The position numbers and the translations under genes were made by a program. From contig NC_087436.1 in NCBI RefSeq assembly GCF_036321535.1, positions 77,812,001 to 77,876,000 on the forward strand: a stretch of 64,000 nucleotides of DNA. Reading direction: 5' to 3'. The notes under the pieces were generated by a model, which saw nothing but the letters and a program-made list of their open reading frames with translations, ran no database searches and was not told the origin of the DNA. Within the stretch, counting starts at the first letter, position 1. Each line of letters begins with the position of its first letter. Below are positions 49,965 to 63,995 of the stretch, in pieces. This stretch comes from Camelus dromedarius. Lineage: Eukaryota.

Positions 49965-51262
49965 TGAAGCTAGAACACTCCCTTACGCCATACACAAAAA
50001 TAAACTCAAAATGGATCAAAGAATTAAATATAAGACAAGATGCAATAAACCTCCTAGAAGAAAATATAGGCCAAACATTATCTAACATACATCTCAAAAA
50101 TGTTCTCCTAAGACAGTCTATCCAAGCAATAGAAATAAAAGTGAGAATAAACAAATGGGACCTAATTAAACTTACAAGCTTCTGCACAGCAAAGGAAACC
50201 ATAAGTAAAACAAAAAGACAACCTACGGAATGGGAGAAAATTTTTGCAAATGAAACCGACAAAGGCTTGATCTCCAGAATATATAAGCAGCTCCTACGAC
50301 TTAATAAGAGAAAAACAAACAACCCAATCCAAAAATGGGCAAAAGACCTAAACAAGCAATTCTCCAAGGAAGACATACAAATGATCAAAAGGCACATGAA
50401 AAAATGCTCAATATCACTAATTATCAGAGAAATGCAAATCAAAACTACAATGAGGTATCACCTCACACCAGTCAGAATGGCCATCATTCAAAAGTCCACA
50501 AATGACAAATGCTGGAGAGGCTGTGGAGAAAGGGGAACCTCCTACACTGCTGGTGGGAATGCAGTTTGGTGCAGCCACTGTGGAAAACAGTGTGGAGATT
50601 CCTCAAAAGACTAGGAATAGACTTACCATATGACCCAGGAATCCCACTCCTGGGCTTATATCCAGAAGGAACCTTACTTCAGGATGACACCTGCACCCCA
50701 ATGTTCATAGCAGCATTATTTACAATAGCCAAGACATGGAAACATCCTAAATGTCCATCAACAGATGACTGGATAAAGAAGAGGTGGTATATTTACACAA
50801 TGGAATACTATTCAGCCATAAAAACTGACAATATAACGCCATTTGCAGCAACATGGATGTTCCTGGAGAATGTCATTCTAAGTGAAGTAAGCCAGAAAGA
50901 GAAGGAAAACTACCATATGAGATCACTCATATGTCGAAGCTAAAAAAAAAAAAAAAAAGAAACCATAAATACAAAACAGAAACAGACTCATAGACATAGA
51001 ATACAAACTTGTGATTGCCAAGGGGGAGGGGGCTGGGCAGGGACAGACTGGGATTTCAAAATGTAGAATAGATAAACAAGATTATACTGTATAGCACAAG
51101 GAAATACATGCATGATCTTGTGGTAGCTCACAGCGAAAAAAAAATGTGACAATGAATATATGTATGTTCATGTACAACTGAAAAATTGTGCTCTACACTG
51201 GAATTTGACACAACATTGTAAAATGACTATTACTCAAAAAAAAAAAAGTTAAAAAAAAAAGA
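49965..51262 (+). mobile_element. Young 5'-truncated L1 (about 1.3 kb) with perfect TSD
   Basis: ORF2 C-terminus nearly intact (ORFs 49961-50614 and 50509-50943, one frameshift). TSD aagaaagctttgg at 49952-49964 and 51263-51275. Confidence 0.97.
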
Positions 51263-54200
51263 AAGAAAGCTTTGGCATCAATCCCCCTGGATTTCTGTCC
51301 CGTCATCCTAGCTCTCATTCTAAGCAGTATCTTTGAGGCAAAGGGGCTATTGGGGCTACTTCATAACTCAAAAGCTTGAAGACTGGAGGTTTTTCTGACT
51401 TCGGCTTTGAAAAGTTCATCATTCTAAACCCTTGAAATGGTGACCTCCTTCACTTATAACTTGCCTGATTGTTCTCTGAGATGTCAGCTTTATCTGATAA
51501 TAAAATATCATGTAATGTCCTCTAACTTTCTAGAAAACATCTGAAAATAGCGTGACTTACAAAGTAATAATCTAATTTGATGAACTTAACCTCTACAACC
51601 ATGTATTACATGGTTATGATGGAAACTTCATTTCAAATAACAACAAGACTTTAGAATATTTATTCTGTTTATAACAGAATTTTCATTATACAATGTGAAA
51701 ACAAAAGCAAACGTATGAAGTGCATTTTGCTGTACGTATATTTCAATAAAAACATCGTTACAAGAAATACATGAAATAAGACAAATTGTAGCTATTTGTG
51801 TCCATTTCTGTTAAAAATATTATCTTTATCAATTCAAATCTTTCCCAATTAAATCAGATTCTTTGGGGTTCATTTACCCTGGTATACAGTTTAAGCAGAT
51901 TTTCTACATCTATGGTGATAATGACCACTCTTTGGAAGTACTGGGGTTACAATTTCTATTCTGCACTTGTGAAATACATTGTACCGAAAACTCTAGAGAC
52001 TCACATCCAGTATTTACTCTTACAACTGGTACCATCTGCAAATTGGGAGCTCCAGAGCCCCACCCATGGCCCCTTCCAGGGTTTCACCACAGACAAGGAC
52101 CCTGGGAATTAAGGAATCTTTCTTTGCACCATATAAACGTGATTTAATCACAATAAGAGAAGGAACTTCTACCCATACGTAAAAGTCAGAAATGGTTATA
52201 GGGTTTTCCAAGGACATTTTCCATGAGGTTATGTATTCATGAGTCCCAAAGTGTTGTTTTAAACATCACTTCTGTACCTTATTTTCTCTTTCTCTTGCCT
52301 ATGTGTGATGTGTGTGCATTTGTGGCTGTATGTCTGTATATATATTTTTTTCAAATGCAGTCACGAGAGAGTTGCTGAAATCACCATTACAAACATGTGT
52401 TTAAGCAATCATTAACCCATAGGTGAAGAACCATACAAGGTTAATCTGTTTATGGACTAGCCAGTATTTCTCAAAGTGTGTCCCATCAAATCAGACCTAT
52501 TAAGTGAGAATTTCTGCCAGTAAAGCCTGGTCATCTGTACTAAACAAGTTCCCTAAGTGATTATTATCTATTCATTCAACAAACATTTACTGAGTTCCTA
52601 TTATTAAGTACTAAGTACTGGGGGATATAAATGAACAAGGCAATCCTGAGCCCTGTCTTCACAGAACCTAGAATCCAGCATTTACAGAACTTAACAATAG
52701 TTACAAAATGTTGAGCAGACTTTTCTGCTGAACAGGACCCAAAGTCAGGAATAATCCACATTCTAGAGAGTAAAGAGAATTGGAAGCAATTGGAAACCAG
52801 ATTCTTACTATGTCTAGGGCTTCATCAGTGGCAGCTGAGCCACCTCGGAGACCTGCCCTTATCACCCACACCCAACCCCATCTCCTGTGCATGAAGAGTA
52901 GGGAGCGGGGAGGAGGGGAAAGGAGAAGGTACAAGTTCAAGGGTGTGAAGTGCCAAAGCTCTTCCCTCTCTTTCCTGTGAAAAAAGGGGCTGCTTCTTCA
53001 CCCCAAAGACCAAGTAAAGAAAGCACTAGTCAATACTTCCTCAAAATTTGGCAGATCCTTTCGGAAGGAGAGCGAGACATCTAATTCCCTAACCAAATGT
53101 CTACTTACGCAGCGGATCTGCTGGTCTGTGTTTAAGCCACTCAGTCTACTGTATTTTTGTTATGGCAGCCCAAACGCACTAAGGAAGACACACACCAACC
53201 TTGGACCATTTAATAAACCACCTATATGGATATTCTGTGAAAAACAAACCAACCAACAAAGTGTTCTTTGGTAAAATAAGACTAGGAAACCAGGTAAACT
53301 GTAATCCCCACCGTTACAGCCATGGTTGCTGCCATCACCACGTGCTGAAATTGACAGTGACAATCAGCATATTAAAGACTCTGTGAAGACAATCAAATAG
53401 GAAAGACTATTTGTATTCAACCCAACATTATCTACCTTGTTTATCAATAGAAAGAGAGAGAATGGGGGACCTGTTACATCTTATGGGAAGCTAATGTCTA
53501 TGCAGGACAGTTTGGGAAGTGAATGCTGGGATCACCACAGTTTGTATTGTTTAGTGTAGCATTCAGTGCCAGGAGGTGACAGATCAAAGAGATTCCTGAG
53601 ACAGTATTCACATCTTTATGCTTTATCATGTAGTCATCATGGTCAATCAAAGTAACTTTGAATATATTATTCACAAACTAACCTTTCTTGGATGCTGAAT
53701 ACCTTCTAGAGATTTTCCATGCATGATCCTACTGAATCTTCCCCAGAACCCCAGGAAGCAGATACTATACACATCCCCAGGTCACAGTTGAGGAAAACGG
53801 AAGTCAAGCTTACACAGCTAGTAGAAAGCTTTAAATCCAGGTCTGTCCGAGCCAAGCCCTGCTCTGGACCGCTAGGATATATTGCTCTGTGTTCATATGT
53901 TTCTCTGCACTCTTATGGGAAATTACCCAGACTGTGATTCTAATATTACTCACCACCACATTGAATAATAATCAGTCATAGCTGTGAACCTCATGGCAAT
54001 TAAATGATCCTTATTTTTCTGACCAGCTTATTCAGGTTCAACAGCAATGTAAGGGTCTGGGTAATAAGCGTAGTAACGATTTGAAATTGATATGAACTAC
54101 AAGAGAAAGGCCAAAGGGAGGCTGAACAGCTGCACACCTTGGAAACGTTCAGGCTCCTCCGGGTGGCATATTATATGAGTCTCTGCGTGTGCTGAGGGGG

Positions 54201-54981
54201 TGGGGTGGGTATGAGGACAATATTTATCTTCAGTATACCCCGAGTATGAGGAAATTGGTTGCAGATGGCTCACAGCTGTGAGGAATACCTTTGTTTCATT
54301 TGAAACTTGTTATAAATCTGTTCCTTAAACTACCTGCTCTAATGACTTTTAATTTAGAGGATGTCGGGTAAGTCCCTGGATCTGACCCTCATGTATCATC
54401 ATAAAAGTGGTGGGGTGGTTTGGCCGGGAAACCCCTGGGAGAGGCCCTGGATTTATCGAAGGACTGGGTTACCACGGGTACTTTGGGGAGTTTGGCTACA
54501 GGCTTTTATTGATTATCAACATTGCAAAGAAGAAATCAATTTTTAGCAAGAGCGGAATTGAGGGAAAAATCCCTCTTGGCTATAATATTTTTTAAAAAGA
54601 AGTTATGTTAAAATTATTCTTTTTTCTCTGAGAACATTTTGGAAAGTGGAATTATTACTCCATAAGTAAAGACGTTTGGACTGAAATGAAAAAGATAACA
54701 TTTTTTTGTGGGTAAGCGGTTTAACTGGCTTTTCTCTAGAAGGGCAAGTCCGATTGACTCAATGTCCCCCGGTACATTTGTAGGGGGTGGGGGGGTGGGA
54801 CGACGGGGGGAAATAAGCTGATGATAATCAAATGAGTTCTTTGATTTTATAAAATCCAAATTAATGGCTTTCATACCTGGAAAACAAAGCTTTTTTTCCA
54901 ACCATGTTTTTGTATCATACAGCAAATTTTCATTAAATCCTATAAGGTGACTTTATACTTTAAAAAAAGAAAAAAATGTCT

Positions 54982-55106
54982 TTTGAGGGGGTAGTTAGGT
55001 TTATTTTATTTTATTAATTAATTTTTTTAATGGAGGTACTTGGGGTTGAACCCAGAATCTTGTACATGCCAAGCACACACTCTGCCATTTGAGCCATACC
55101 CTCCCC
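54982..55106 (-). mobile_element. vic-1-like SINE with TSD
   Basis: ggggttgaacccag...gagccataccctcccc; TSD aagaaaaaa(a/ca)tgtct on both sides. Confidence 0.85.
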
Positions 55107-56144
55107 AAGAAAAAACATGTCTCAAAAGTTGGGAGTTGCTATAATTTCTGTGTTACAAGTTTTTTTAACTATTGAAATTTCAAGAGTGCTTTTACATCAA
55201 CTCTTTGGACGTCGAAAGCTTTGAACCTAGCATTTTCTTCTGACTCCTTGAAAGTTTCAAGAAGACTGTGCAGTGGGTTTGTGCACTCTGCAGCTGCCTC
55301 CCTTTCTCTCCATCACAGCCAGCAGATCAGGCTTCCTCAGAGAGCTGCCTGAGAAGCCGGTGGGCATCGGACCTCCCCAAGGAGTAACTCAGAATAGAGA
55401 TCTAGATCTATAAAAACCCTCGGAACCGTTTACAAGTTTCCCTAGTACACACGAGCCATCCAAAGGAAAAATGAAACTCGTCTTAAAGAGTGACCCAAGA
55501 GTGGGACGCAGGAGGCCACAAGGTACCAAAGGACCTGAGCTCTCCCCTGGTATTTCTCATTCAAAGATTTTCTCCAACAATCCAATGCATCAAATTAGCA
55601 ACAACTTTTTAAGAGCCATTGTCAAAATTCTGAATAAAATTTAGAAGTCTGGAGCAATGAAGAATACCTCTGTTTGCAATACAACGGTTTGCCAGGGGAG
55701 GAAAAATCTGTATTATGTTCCTAACTTCACTGGATGAGTACTTTAAGATATATCATCAGTTCAGCCCCTAAAATAGCCTCAAAAGACAGCAAAAGATGCT
55801 TGATTTTACCAAATAAATATTTTTCATAATAATCTAAAAGCTTTCATTTCTGTTCTGTATATTTATTTATTTTGTAATCAGCTTTGCAGTTTTTATGGTA
55901 GAAGTTGGTTTCCAGAGACAAAATCCTTCAGTATATCATTGCAGTATAAGAAACAAAGGTTTTGGTTATTATGGCCCAACTGAGAATGACTGTCTGAGAA
56001 CTGTTTAGCCATATTGGGGGGAAAGGTATTATCATCCATCAATTCAATTTAAGGTGTTAATACACGTTTTTATTTCTCTCTATTATGATGATTTTTAAAA
56101 ATTGGCTACCTCGCTGCAGGAGAGATGCCTCAAATGTTTTAGCA

Positions 56145-56265
56145 CAATATTTCTCAAATTGTAATGTGTCTATAAACCCCCCGGGGAACTGGTTAAAATG
56201 CAGATTCGGATTCAGGGTAGGGCCTTGACTTGGATGGGGCCTGAGATTCTGCGTTTCTAACAAGC
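56145..56265 (+). mobile_element. MER5-family hAT-Charlie remnant
   Basis: tttctcaaatt...gttaaaatgcagattc...ggggcctgagattctgcgtttctaacaagct. Confidence 0.75.
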
Positions 56266-58619
56266 TAACAAAATGGTGCTAATGTTACAAGTTTCAAATC
56301 TCTGGTACGTGGATTGGGAGAGTGGGGGAGACAAGTTCCTAAACAAAGGAAAAGGCACAGCAGAAAACACTGAGCACTTGACATCTTAGTGTCCGTCTAA
56401 AAATGTCTTAGAAATGAATAAAAATGTACAGCTAGAGCCATCATGGTAGTAAGCATATTTGGTTGAGGGATGTGTAAAGAATTATAGCAAAAGAGCACCA
56501 GATGGGAAGTCAAGAGAGCCTGGTTCTAACTTTAGCTCTGCCACCAATTATGTGAACTTGGGCGACTCAACCACACCATCTGGATCTTGGTTTCCTTATC
56601 TCTATAATGACGCAGCCACATCCTCAAGTAATTATAGCATCAGAAGCAACATGACTTGCACCTTCATGAAAGCATAACGTGCTGCGGACAAGTAAGATAA
56701 ACAGGCATCTTCGTTTACTACTATTGTGTGCATTTTCTGAAAAGCAGACTACGTCTTTGCCTTTCAACAAGAATTCCACCTCTTTAAATTAATCCTGAAA
56801 TACAATCAGAGGTGCATACAAAGAGAAGTAATCATAGCTTTGTTTATCATAATAAAAGTTCAGAAAAAATCTTAATGTCCAAAAATGTACTGAAACTACT
56901 AAATCAATTATGGTTCGTCCATGTGATGGCATGTCACACAATAATTTTTTTTTAATTTTAAGGATATTGTGATAAGACACTATCTAATAGGTATATGGAA
57001 ATATTCTGGAAGGAAATAGATCAGATTTAAATAAGGCTTTGTTCATCAGATTTTCTTTTGTGTGCATCTAATTGTTTGATAATCATAAATAAGTTTTTAA
57101 AGATTAATTCTCACTGGAGAATGAGAAAGTATCATAGATAATGTGTCATTTGCTCTCGCCCTCAAAAAGTTGAGTGAAATTATTTCTTAGGTCCTTTCCA
57201 GCTCTAAAATACAATTATTCTATGAATGGGCCCCCTTTTCTAACAAAGCACACCAAAAACCTGAAACAAACATCCAGATCCTCAGTTAAGAGTCAGAGTT
57301 TTTCTTTATATTGTTTTCAGTAAATGAAAAATCTCCTTACAAAGCCCATGTGATACTCACTGTCCTCACTGGCTCGACCTTCCATATATTAATCCTTCAG
57401 GAATTAAATTTTACAATCCTATGTGGGTTCCAGAAGTGTCTCCGTTTTTTTCCTTTCTCAGTCTTGTAATCACCTAAGTGTTGTTAGACGAATCAAATTT
57501 AAATATCGATCAAAAAGCAGAGCACGTATCAAGTGTTGAAATTTATAGAGTGCCACAAATTGCCGGCACTGGGGTATAGGACAAAATAATGTTACCAGTC
57601 GAGAGTGGGATGTATTTGAGGCTCTTACTTAGGCAGTAACCTATGAAGGCAAGACTGCAAGTCTTGGTGAAACGTTTTGCTGAAATGTGTGACTGACAAT
57701 GTAAATGAAACTGTGCAATAACAGACTTTGTTAGAAACAAGTGTATATTTTCTCAAAACCCCGTTGAACTTTTTAAATGCCTTATGACTAGAACAAAGTC
57801 CTACTATGCCTTCTGACTTAAAAAACATGTGAATCTATTATAACCTCTCTCTCCCTCTGACCTGCAGTGTGATGTCTGCAGTCACTGTTGCTTTGGGGCT
57901 GAATGGTGCAGTCTTGTTCATTCTCCTCAAGTCAGGTGCGCACTCAGAGTCTGCAATCACCACGCTACGGGGGTGCCGGGAGCCTCTTCAGCAGCTCTGC
58001 AAGACACTGTGGGTGAGTAGGTGGAGAAATCCCAAGTAAACTGATACAGTTAAAAATGTTTTAGTGCGTATGTCATTTAATGTGTGCCTATTAATTTTTC
58101 TATTTTCCCTTGGATAGAAAGAGGCCAAGTGGAAAGTTGGATGTGTGAATCTCAGACTTGTTTTAAAAAGCTTAGAAAATTACTGAGATGATTGATACCA
58201 TTTGACTTGCTGATGTTAAAGAATTAGACTTCAATTTTCACTTTTCGGCCAGTTCAAATCATTTGACTTGGCCTCAGAGGTGAAAAAGTTTAAAAACTCT
58301 CACAAAAAAGTCACTGAAGACTTTCCCACCATCACCTGGAGTCGTTATGTGCAGGGAGGGTGCACAGCCTCCCTGTGACCTGCACATAAGGCTTGGGACA
58401 TCATTTTGCAACTTCCTTGCAAGTAACTTTACATCTATACTTCTTTAAAGTGATGACTTTATCATTTTTATAAAAATGATACACATTCATGATAAAAAAA
58501 TTTTTTAGCAATAAAAGAAAGTACAAAAAAGGAAAACCACAGATGATCCCAAATCTTACCACCTAATAATAAACATTTTTAGTATTTGATGAATATTATT
58601 CTAGTTCTCTATACATAAA

Positions 58620-58859
58620 CAGCTGACCCTTGAACACTGCAGGGGTGGGGTTGGGGTTGGGAGCACCAGCCCTCCACACAAAAATCCGTGTGTAACTTTA
58701 TTCAGCCTCCATGTCTGTGGTTCCCCTGCATCTTGGGTTTTGCCTTCACAGGGTCAGCCAACTGCAAATTGTGTAACATCATGGATTTATACTATTGAAA
58801 AAAATCTGCGTATAAGTGAATTTGCACAGTTCAAATTCATGTTGTTTAAGGGTCAACTG
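58620..58859 (+). mobile_element. MER8-like Tigger (TcMar) MITE, full length
   Basis: TIRs cagctgacccttgaaca and tgtttaagggtcaactg, about 240 bp, TA on the right flank. Confidence 0.85.
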
Positions 58860-59215
58860 TATAAAATAAATGGAAAGAGAGAGAGAGAATAGAGAAAGGG
58901 CAAATGAGAGATCATACTGTACCATATTCATGAATTTAATTTGGGGTTGTCTTAGGATAAATCCCAATTTTTCTTTTTTTAAAGCTCAAGTCCTGTTCCC
59001 AAGTTGTCCCAAATACTACCACAGCTTCCTCTCCCACTCATCTGCCCCAGATCCTTCCTTTTAGAGAAAGTGCCTAGCACATTCTACTGAACAAGGCCCA
59101 TGATTTTCTGCCTTTTGAACATCACTCTTCCCCGGCTCTCCCCTGTGCCCTCCCCAAGCCCCGAAAAGAAGTGCCTTTCTCCTCCTCTGGTCTCTAAAAC
59201 CTGCTAATGACAACA

Positions 59216-59217
<2 letters not shown>

Positions 59218-59262
<45 letters not shown>
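59218..59262. repeat. (CT)n microsatellite
   Basis: Seen directly. Confidence 0.95.
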
Positions 59263-59265
<3 letters not shown>

Positions 59266-60046
59266 CTTGCTGTCTACTGCCTCTTACTGTTAGCTGTCCT
59301 TTTGAGACTTCATATTGTCTCTATGAGATTGTAATCTTCCTCAGAACAAGACCTGTGTGTTCCTTTTTTTTTTCTTTCTCCCCCCTGTTCACCAGAGCTT
59401 TCCACACAGCGCTGAGGGCCACATAAGCAAGTGCTTAATCGGCAGTTGCTGACTGAGAATTCCCAGACCATGCAGATGAAAGTCTGCATTTTGCAATCGT
59501 TGGGTGGCTGTGATTTGCTGCCTACATGCTTTGCAAGGCAGATGAAGGGTCTGGAGGTATCACAGAAGTGGTGAGGTGTCACTGGAGGATTCCCCAAGGT
59601 GAACTTCAGGACAGATGTTTAGAAAGGTCTCCCAGGGAGGCTGGGAGCTCAGGCGGGAATGACAGAAACGTGCCTAACAACCGCATGGGTAAATTACATC
59701 CCTGAATCGCTTTATACAAACTCTAATTTAAAAAGGATAAATAACCAAGTGTAACATTTTAGAAGGAAGCTAATGTATTGTGACACCTTGGATTTAAAAA
59801 GGAATGAAAGAGAGAAAACATTGCAAAGGCAAGAAATAAACAGGAGAAAATTGCCTGTTGAGAGAGCCGAAAATACATAGACGTTCCTCTGGGGGAAATA
59901 CGGGCAAGGAGAGGACAGAGTGAAGGCGGACAAGAAGGTGTAATTTTTGTCTAGTTGAGTGTCACACATCCACTGACAAATCCTGCTTACATGAAAGGGA
60001 GCAAAACCTAGAGTGAGTGAGACCCCTAATTAAGACCATGTGGGTG

Positions 60047-60243
60047 TGGGGAGGGTATAGCTCAGTAGTAGGGTGCAATGTTTAGCATGCATGAGGTCCT
60101 GGGTTCAATTCTCCAATACCTCCATTTAAGAAAGAAAGAAAAAGAAAGAAAGAAAGAGGGAAAGAAAGAGAAAGGAAGGAAGGAAGGAAGGAAGGAAGAG
60201 AGAGAGAGAGAAAGAAAGAAAGAGAGAAAGAAAGAAAGAAACA

Positions 60244-60307
<64 letters not shown>

Positions 60308-60360
60308 GAAAGGAAGGAAGGAAGGAAAGAAAGAGAAAGGAAGGAAGGAAGGAAGGAAGA
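60047..60360 (+). mobile_element. vic-1-like SINE with expanded (GAAA)n/(GGAA)n tail
   Basis: ggggagggtatagctcagtagtagggtgc...gggttcaattctcc, then a roughly 230-nt purine tract. Confidence 0.9.
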
Positions 60361-61089
60361 CTACAAGAAACCCGATTTTCAGGCTTTTCAGGGACCAAAG
60401 AATGACGAATATAAGACACTCTCAGGAGCCCATTTACGCTGCTAAATAATGCAAGGCTGTTCTGCTTTTTTCTGTGTGTGAAGATATATTTTGTTAAACA
60501 TGGACAAGAAGAAAAATCAGGCTGATTTCTGAATCTTGGCTTCCAGATAATATCTTTTAAAATTTATAGCTATGTATGTTTTACATGCTTCTGAATATAT
60601 TCGTGATTCAGCCAGACTCTGAGAGGAGAGGTAGCCTCTGAAATCAGAAGGCACGGTAGACGCCCCTGCATTGCCCAAGCCCAGGCTGTTCTGCACCAGG
60701 GGCTCTGCCGCATCCCTTTAAGATGAGTCCCAGGAAAATGGTCCTTGTGTTCCTCTGGTTCTGCTTCTGGTTGAGAAAGGGGATAAAAGGAGGGGATGGC
60801 TAGCCTACCATCACAATCCCTATGATATCAGACGTGTATTCCGTCTACTTTGCCCAAGTATGTTATGGTCTCCTGTCTGAAGCAAATTGTTTTCTAGCCA
60901 GAACAGGGAGGAAATAGATGACAACAGATTCGGATCAGACATGCTCGATTTGGGATCTTGACTTTGTGACTGGAGGAAGTCCTTCAGTCCCTCTGAACTT
61001 CAGTTTCCTCTTCAGTAAGACGGAAATGATAATAGCTGCCCCGTAGGGCTGCTGTCATACTAAGCGGCACCTGTGTCATAGACAAGCTT

Positions 61090-61555
61090 TGCACTGTCTG
61101 TTCCAACCTACCCAGGAGCCGAGGGGATCACAGCAGCCACACTGGAACTGTGTGACAGTAGCCCCACCCCCATTACTCAAGAGAAAGTAACTCATCCACA
61201 CAAATCTTCCCACAGTCTTGGCGTAGCAGTAAGAAAACCCGGGATATCTAAGTTGGTTACTCGACCTGAGGAGATAAAAGCGGGTGGTGATATTTAGCCT
61301 TTTGCATGCCAAGCAGGAAAGGCTGCCCACAGAGGAAGAGAGAGAGATGAAAGGGATGAAAAACTAAAGTGGAAGGACACCTCCCCTGGGCTCCTGACAG
61401 CTGTCCAGTTCCTAGACCCCGCTCTTCACTGTATTCAGTAACTTCCTGACCTTGTATCCGTGAGTTAACTCACTGGACTCACATTGAATCCCCTTACACA
61501 CGAATAGTTGGAAACAGGTTTCTGTTACTTAGCAGTCAAAAGAGATTTGACTAAA
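61090..61555 (+). mobile_element. ERVL LTR (LTR16-like)
   Basis: gtagccccacccc...ctgcccacagaggaagagagagag...ggtttctgttacttagcagtcaaaagagatttgactaa. Confidence 0.6.
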
Positions 61556-62338
61556 ATTATATCTTAATGCTCTCAGAACAGCACCTAACACACGATAAGT
61601 AGCTCTTTTGGTAACCACTTAATGTGCTTTGAGTGTGAAGTCCTCAGAAATCTTTAAGAAGCTTCTTAGGAAACCCTAAGAAAGAACTAACGCCTCATTT
61701 TTGCTGATTTGATGTGGGCTTGCCAAACCAGTTGGTGGAGCTATATCTTTGGGTGATAAAAATAAACAAGATAATAAAATCAAGTTTACAATGAGAAATG
61801 TTGACTCATCCAATTTGGGATTTATCCCTTCTTTGTTTTCCAAATTCATGTTTAGCCAAATATAATAAGTGAATAATAAAATTAGCCAAAAATATTTTTG
61901 GTCTATGAAATTATATCAGATTCTCAAGATGCAGGCAATTTAGGACTTCCCTTCCAAGAACACATTCACTTTGTATAAAGTATACCATCCATTGTGCCTT
62001 AGGCATGAAAGGCATTACCTCACTCTCTCCAAGAGTTCCAAAAGGAATGTGGCAAGAGAATCCAGCAGACGATGAAGAAAGAAGACTTATCTTTTCTACT
62101 GATCTATTTTACTTATCCACTTTTGAATCTTAAGCAAATGAGAGCAGATGAATGGGGACTTTCCCCAACTCAATTTTATAAAAATTTTTTAAGCTCATAC
62201 AACATACACAGTATTGGTGAGTATGTAAAAAGATCATGAGACGTTGCTTTCAAAGAGATTACAGCACAATAGGAGAGAGAAGACAGGTGTATGCATATAA
62301 TAATTCTAAGAAGTCCATGGGAGTGCACAACAAGGGGA

Positions 62339-62897
62339 GTACGGAAGGGTGGTGGAACATGCTACCCCCAAAAGATGCCGCTTTGGTATGTTGATGACTT
62401 TGAGCTAAAGGCACTTGAAAAACAGCAAATGCAGGGAGAGGCTTTCTCTGAACTTCCCTTGTCTGCCTAAACACAGATCCTCCAAAAGACACTCAGTTGT
62501 CACAGATCCCTGCTGGGGAGTCTCATCGACCAGGGAAGACTGACTCTCACCCCGGGAGCGGAGACCGGAAGTGACACCACAGCCAGACAAATGTCACAGC
62601 CATCACACTCGCATCTGTCCCTCTAGGAGCCCATTCATTTTACCTAAAAATCATGTATTCTCCCCTACGAGGCCTACATTCTCCCTCTGCTTCCCCTACT
62701 AAGATAGTGTTTAATCCTAAATTCTAAGCCACCTTGGGGATTTGCTCATGTTCCTCTGGGCATCCCATCATGTATACATGAGGTGTGTATGTTAGTAAAC
62801 TCCTGCTCATTTTTCTCTTGTTAACCTGTCTTTTATTACAGGGGTCTCAACCAAGAACTCAGAAGGGTAGAGGGAAAATCATTTTCCCTCCCCTACT
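62339..62897 (+). mobile_element. ERV1 LTR (MER34/MER39-like)
   Basis: aacatgctacccccaaaagatgccgctttgg...tttgagctaaaggcacttgaaaaacagca...gttaacctgtctttt...ttttccctcccctac. Confidence 0.8.
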
Positions 62898-63762
62898 GTA
62901 CCGAAGTCTGCAGTAGCACAAAGCCGAGAGCCAGCAGGGTGAGGGCCTGAGGGAGTTTAAAGCCAAACATAGCCTTTAAGCTGGAGGTTTAACACAGGTA
63001 GTTTCTGAGGTAGGAATGGGAGGGGAAAGAGCATGAGAAACAGAACTGAGCTCAGAATACCCTGCTCCTTCTCCCTGGAACACCCTCTCTCGTCCCCTTT
63101 CCCATCCTAACCAGCTCCTACTTTAAGACTTGGCTCACATGTCTCCTTCAGAAAACATTTTATGACCAATTCCATCCACCTAAGTCCAGCTGAGGTACTC
63201 AGCTCTGTGCTTCTAACCAAAACAGCATTTATCCATCACATTACAATGGCTGTTGAATAGTCTGAGACCCCCATCAGACCAACACTTCTTAACATACTGA
63301 TGTGGGTTAATCACTTCTCAGGTGTGATGCCAGTTTGTTACTGACAATCACTAAAATTCCAAACTTTACCCTTTTTTCCAACATTTTAGAGAATACTTCA
63401 TGATCCCCACGATACCTTCCTTGTCACGTACGTTACGCCATGTTTACTTGGCTGGGAGAAATAATGTACCTGCCAGAGAATTTCGGCCATTGTTGTGAAC
63501 TTCCAAGCCCCCATTTAAGCAACGGTCCTGATGTCGTGGAGCTTGGTGTGTCACACAATCTATCTGACTTCAGTGATGCTGTGACATTGACATCATGGCA
63601 GGCAAGACGCTTTTTAGTGGCCTAGAAAATCGACCTATTCATGCTGGAATTTGGATAGTGATGTTCAAAATATTAGCAACCCACAGGGTGAGGGCAGTGG
63701 CCAGTCAACACACACCGGTACTGCAGAGCGTGGTCCTGGGGACTCTTCCCCCTCCTCCCCGA

Positions 63763-63958
63763 CAAATGACGAACTTCATTTATTAGAATGAGTAGAAGTC
63801 TGAACAAACTGACAGTAACCAAAGGGGAAGGAGGTGGGGAGAGAGAAATTAGGAGTTTGGGATTAGCAGATACAAACTATTATATATAAAATAGATAAAC
63901 AACAAGGTCCTATTGTATAGCACAGGGACCTATATTCAATATCCTGCAATAACCATAA

Positions 63959-63995
<37 letters not shown>

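Noticed and set aside
49912..50442. 176-aa hydrophobic ORF
   Set aside because: Antisense frame of L1 ORF2.
60062..60449. Lys/Glu/Arg-rich and Phe/Ser/Leu-rich ORFs
   Set aside because: Translations of the GAAA/GGAA microsatellite.
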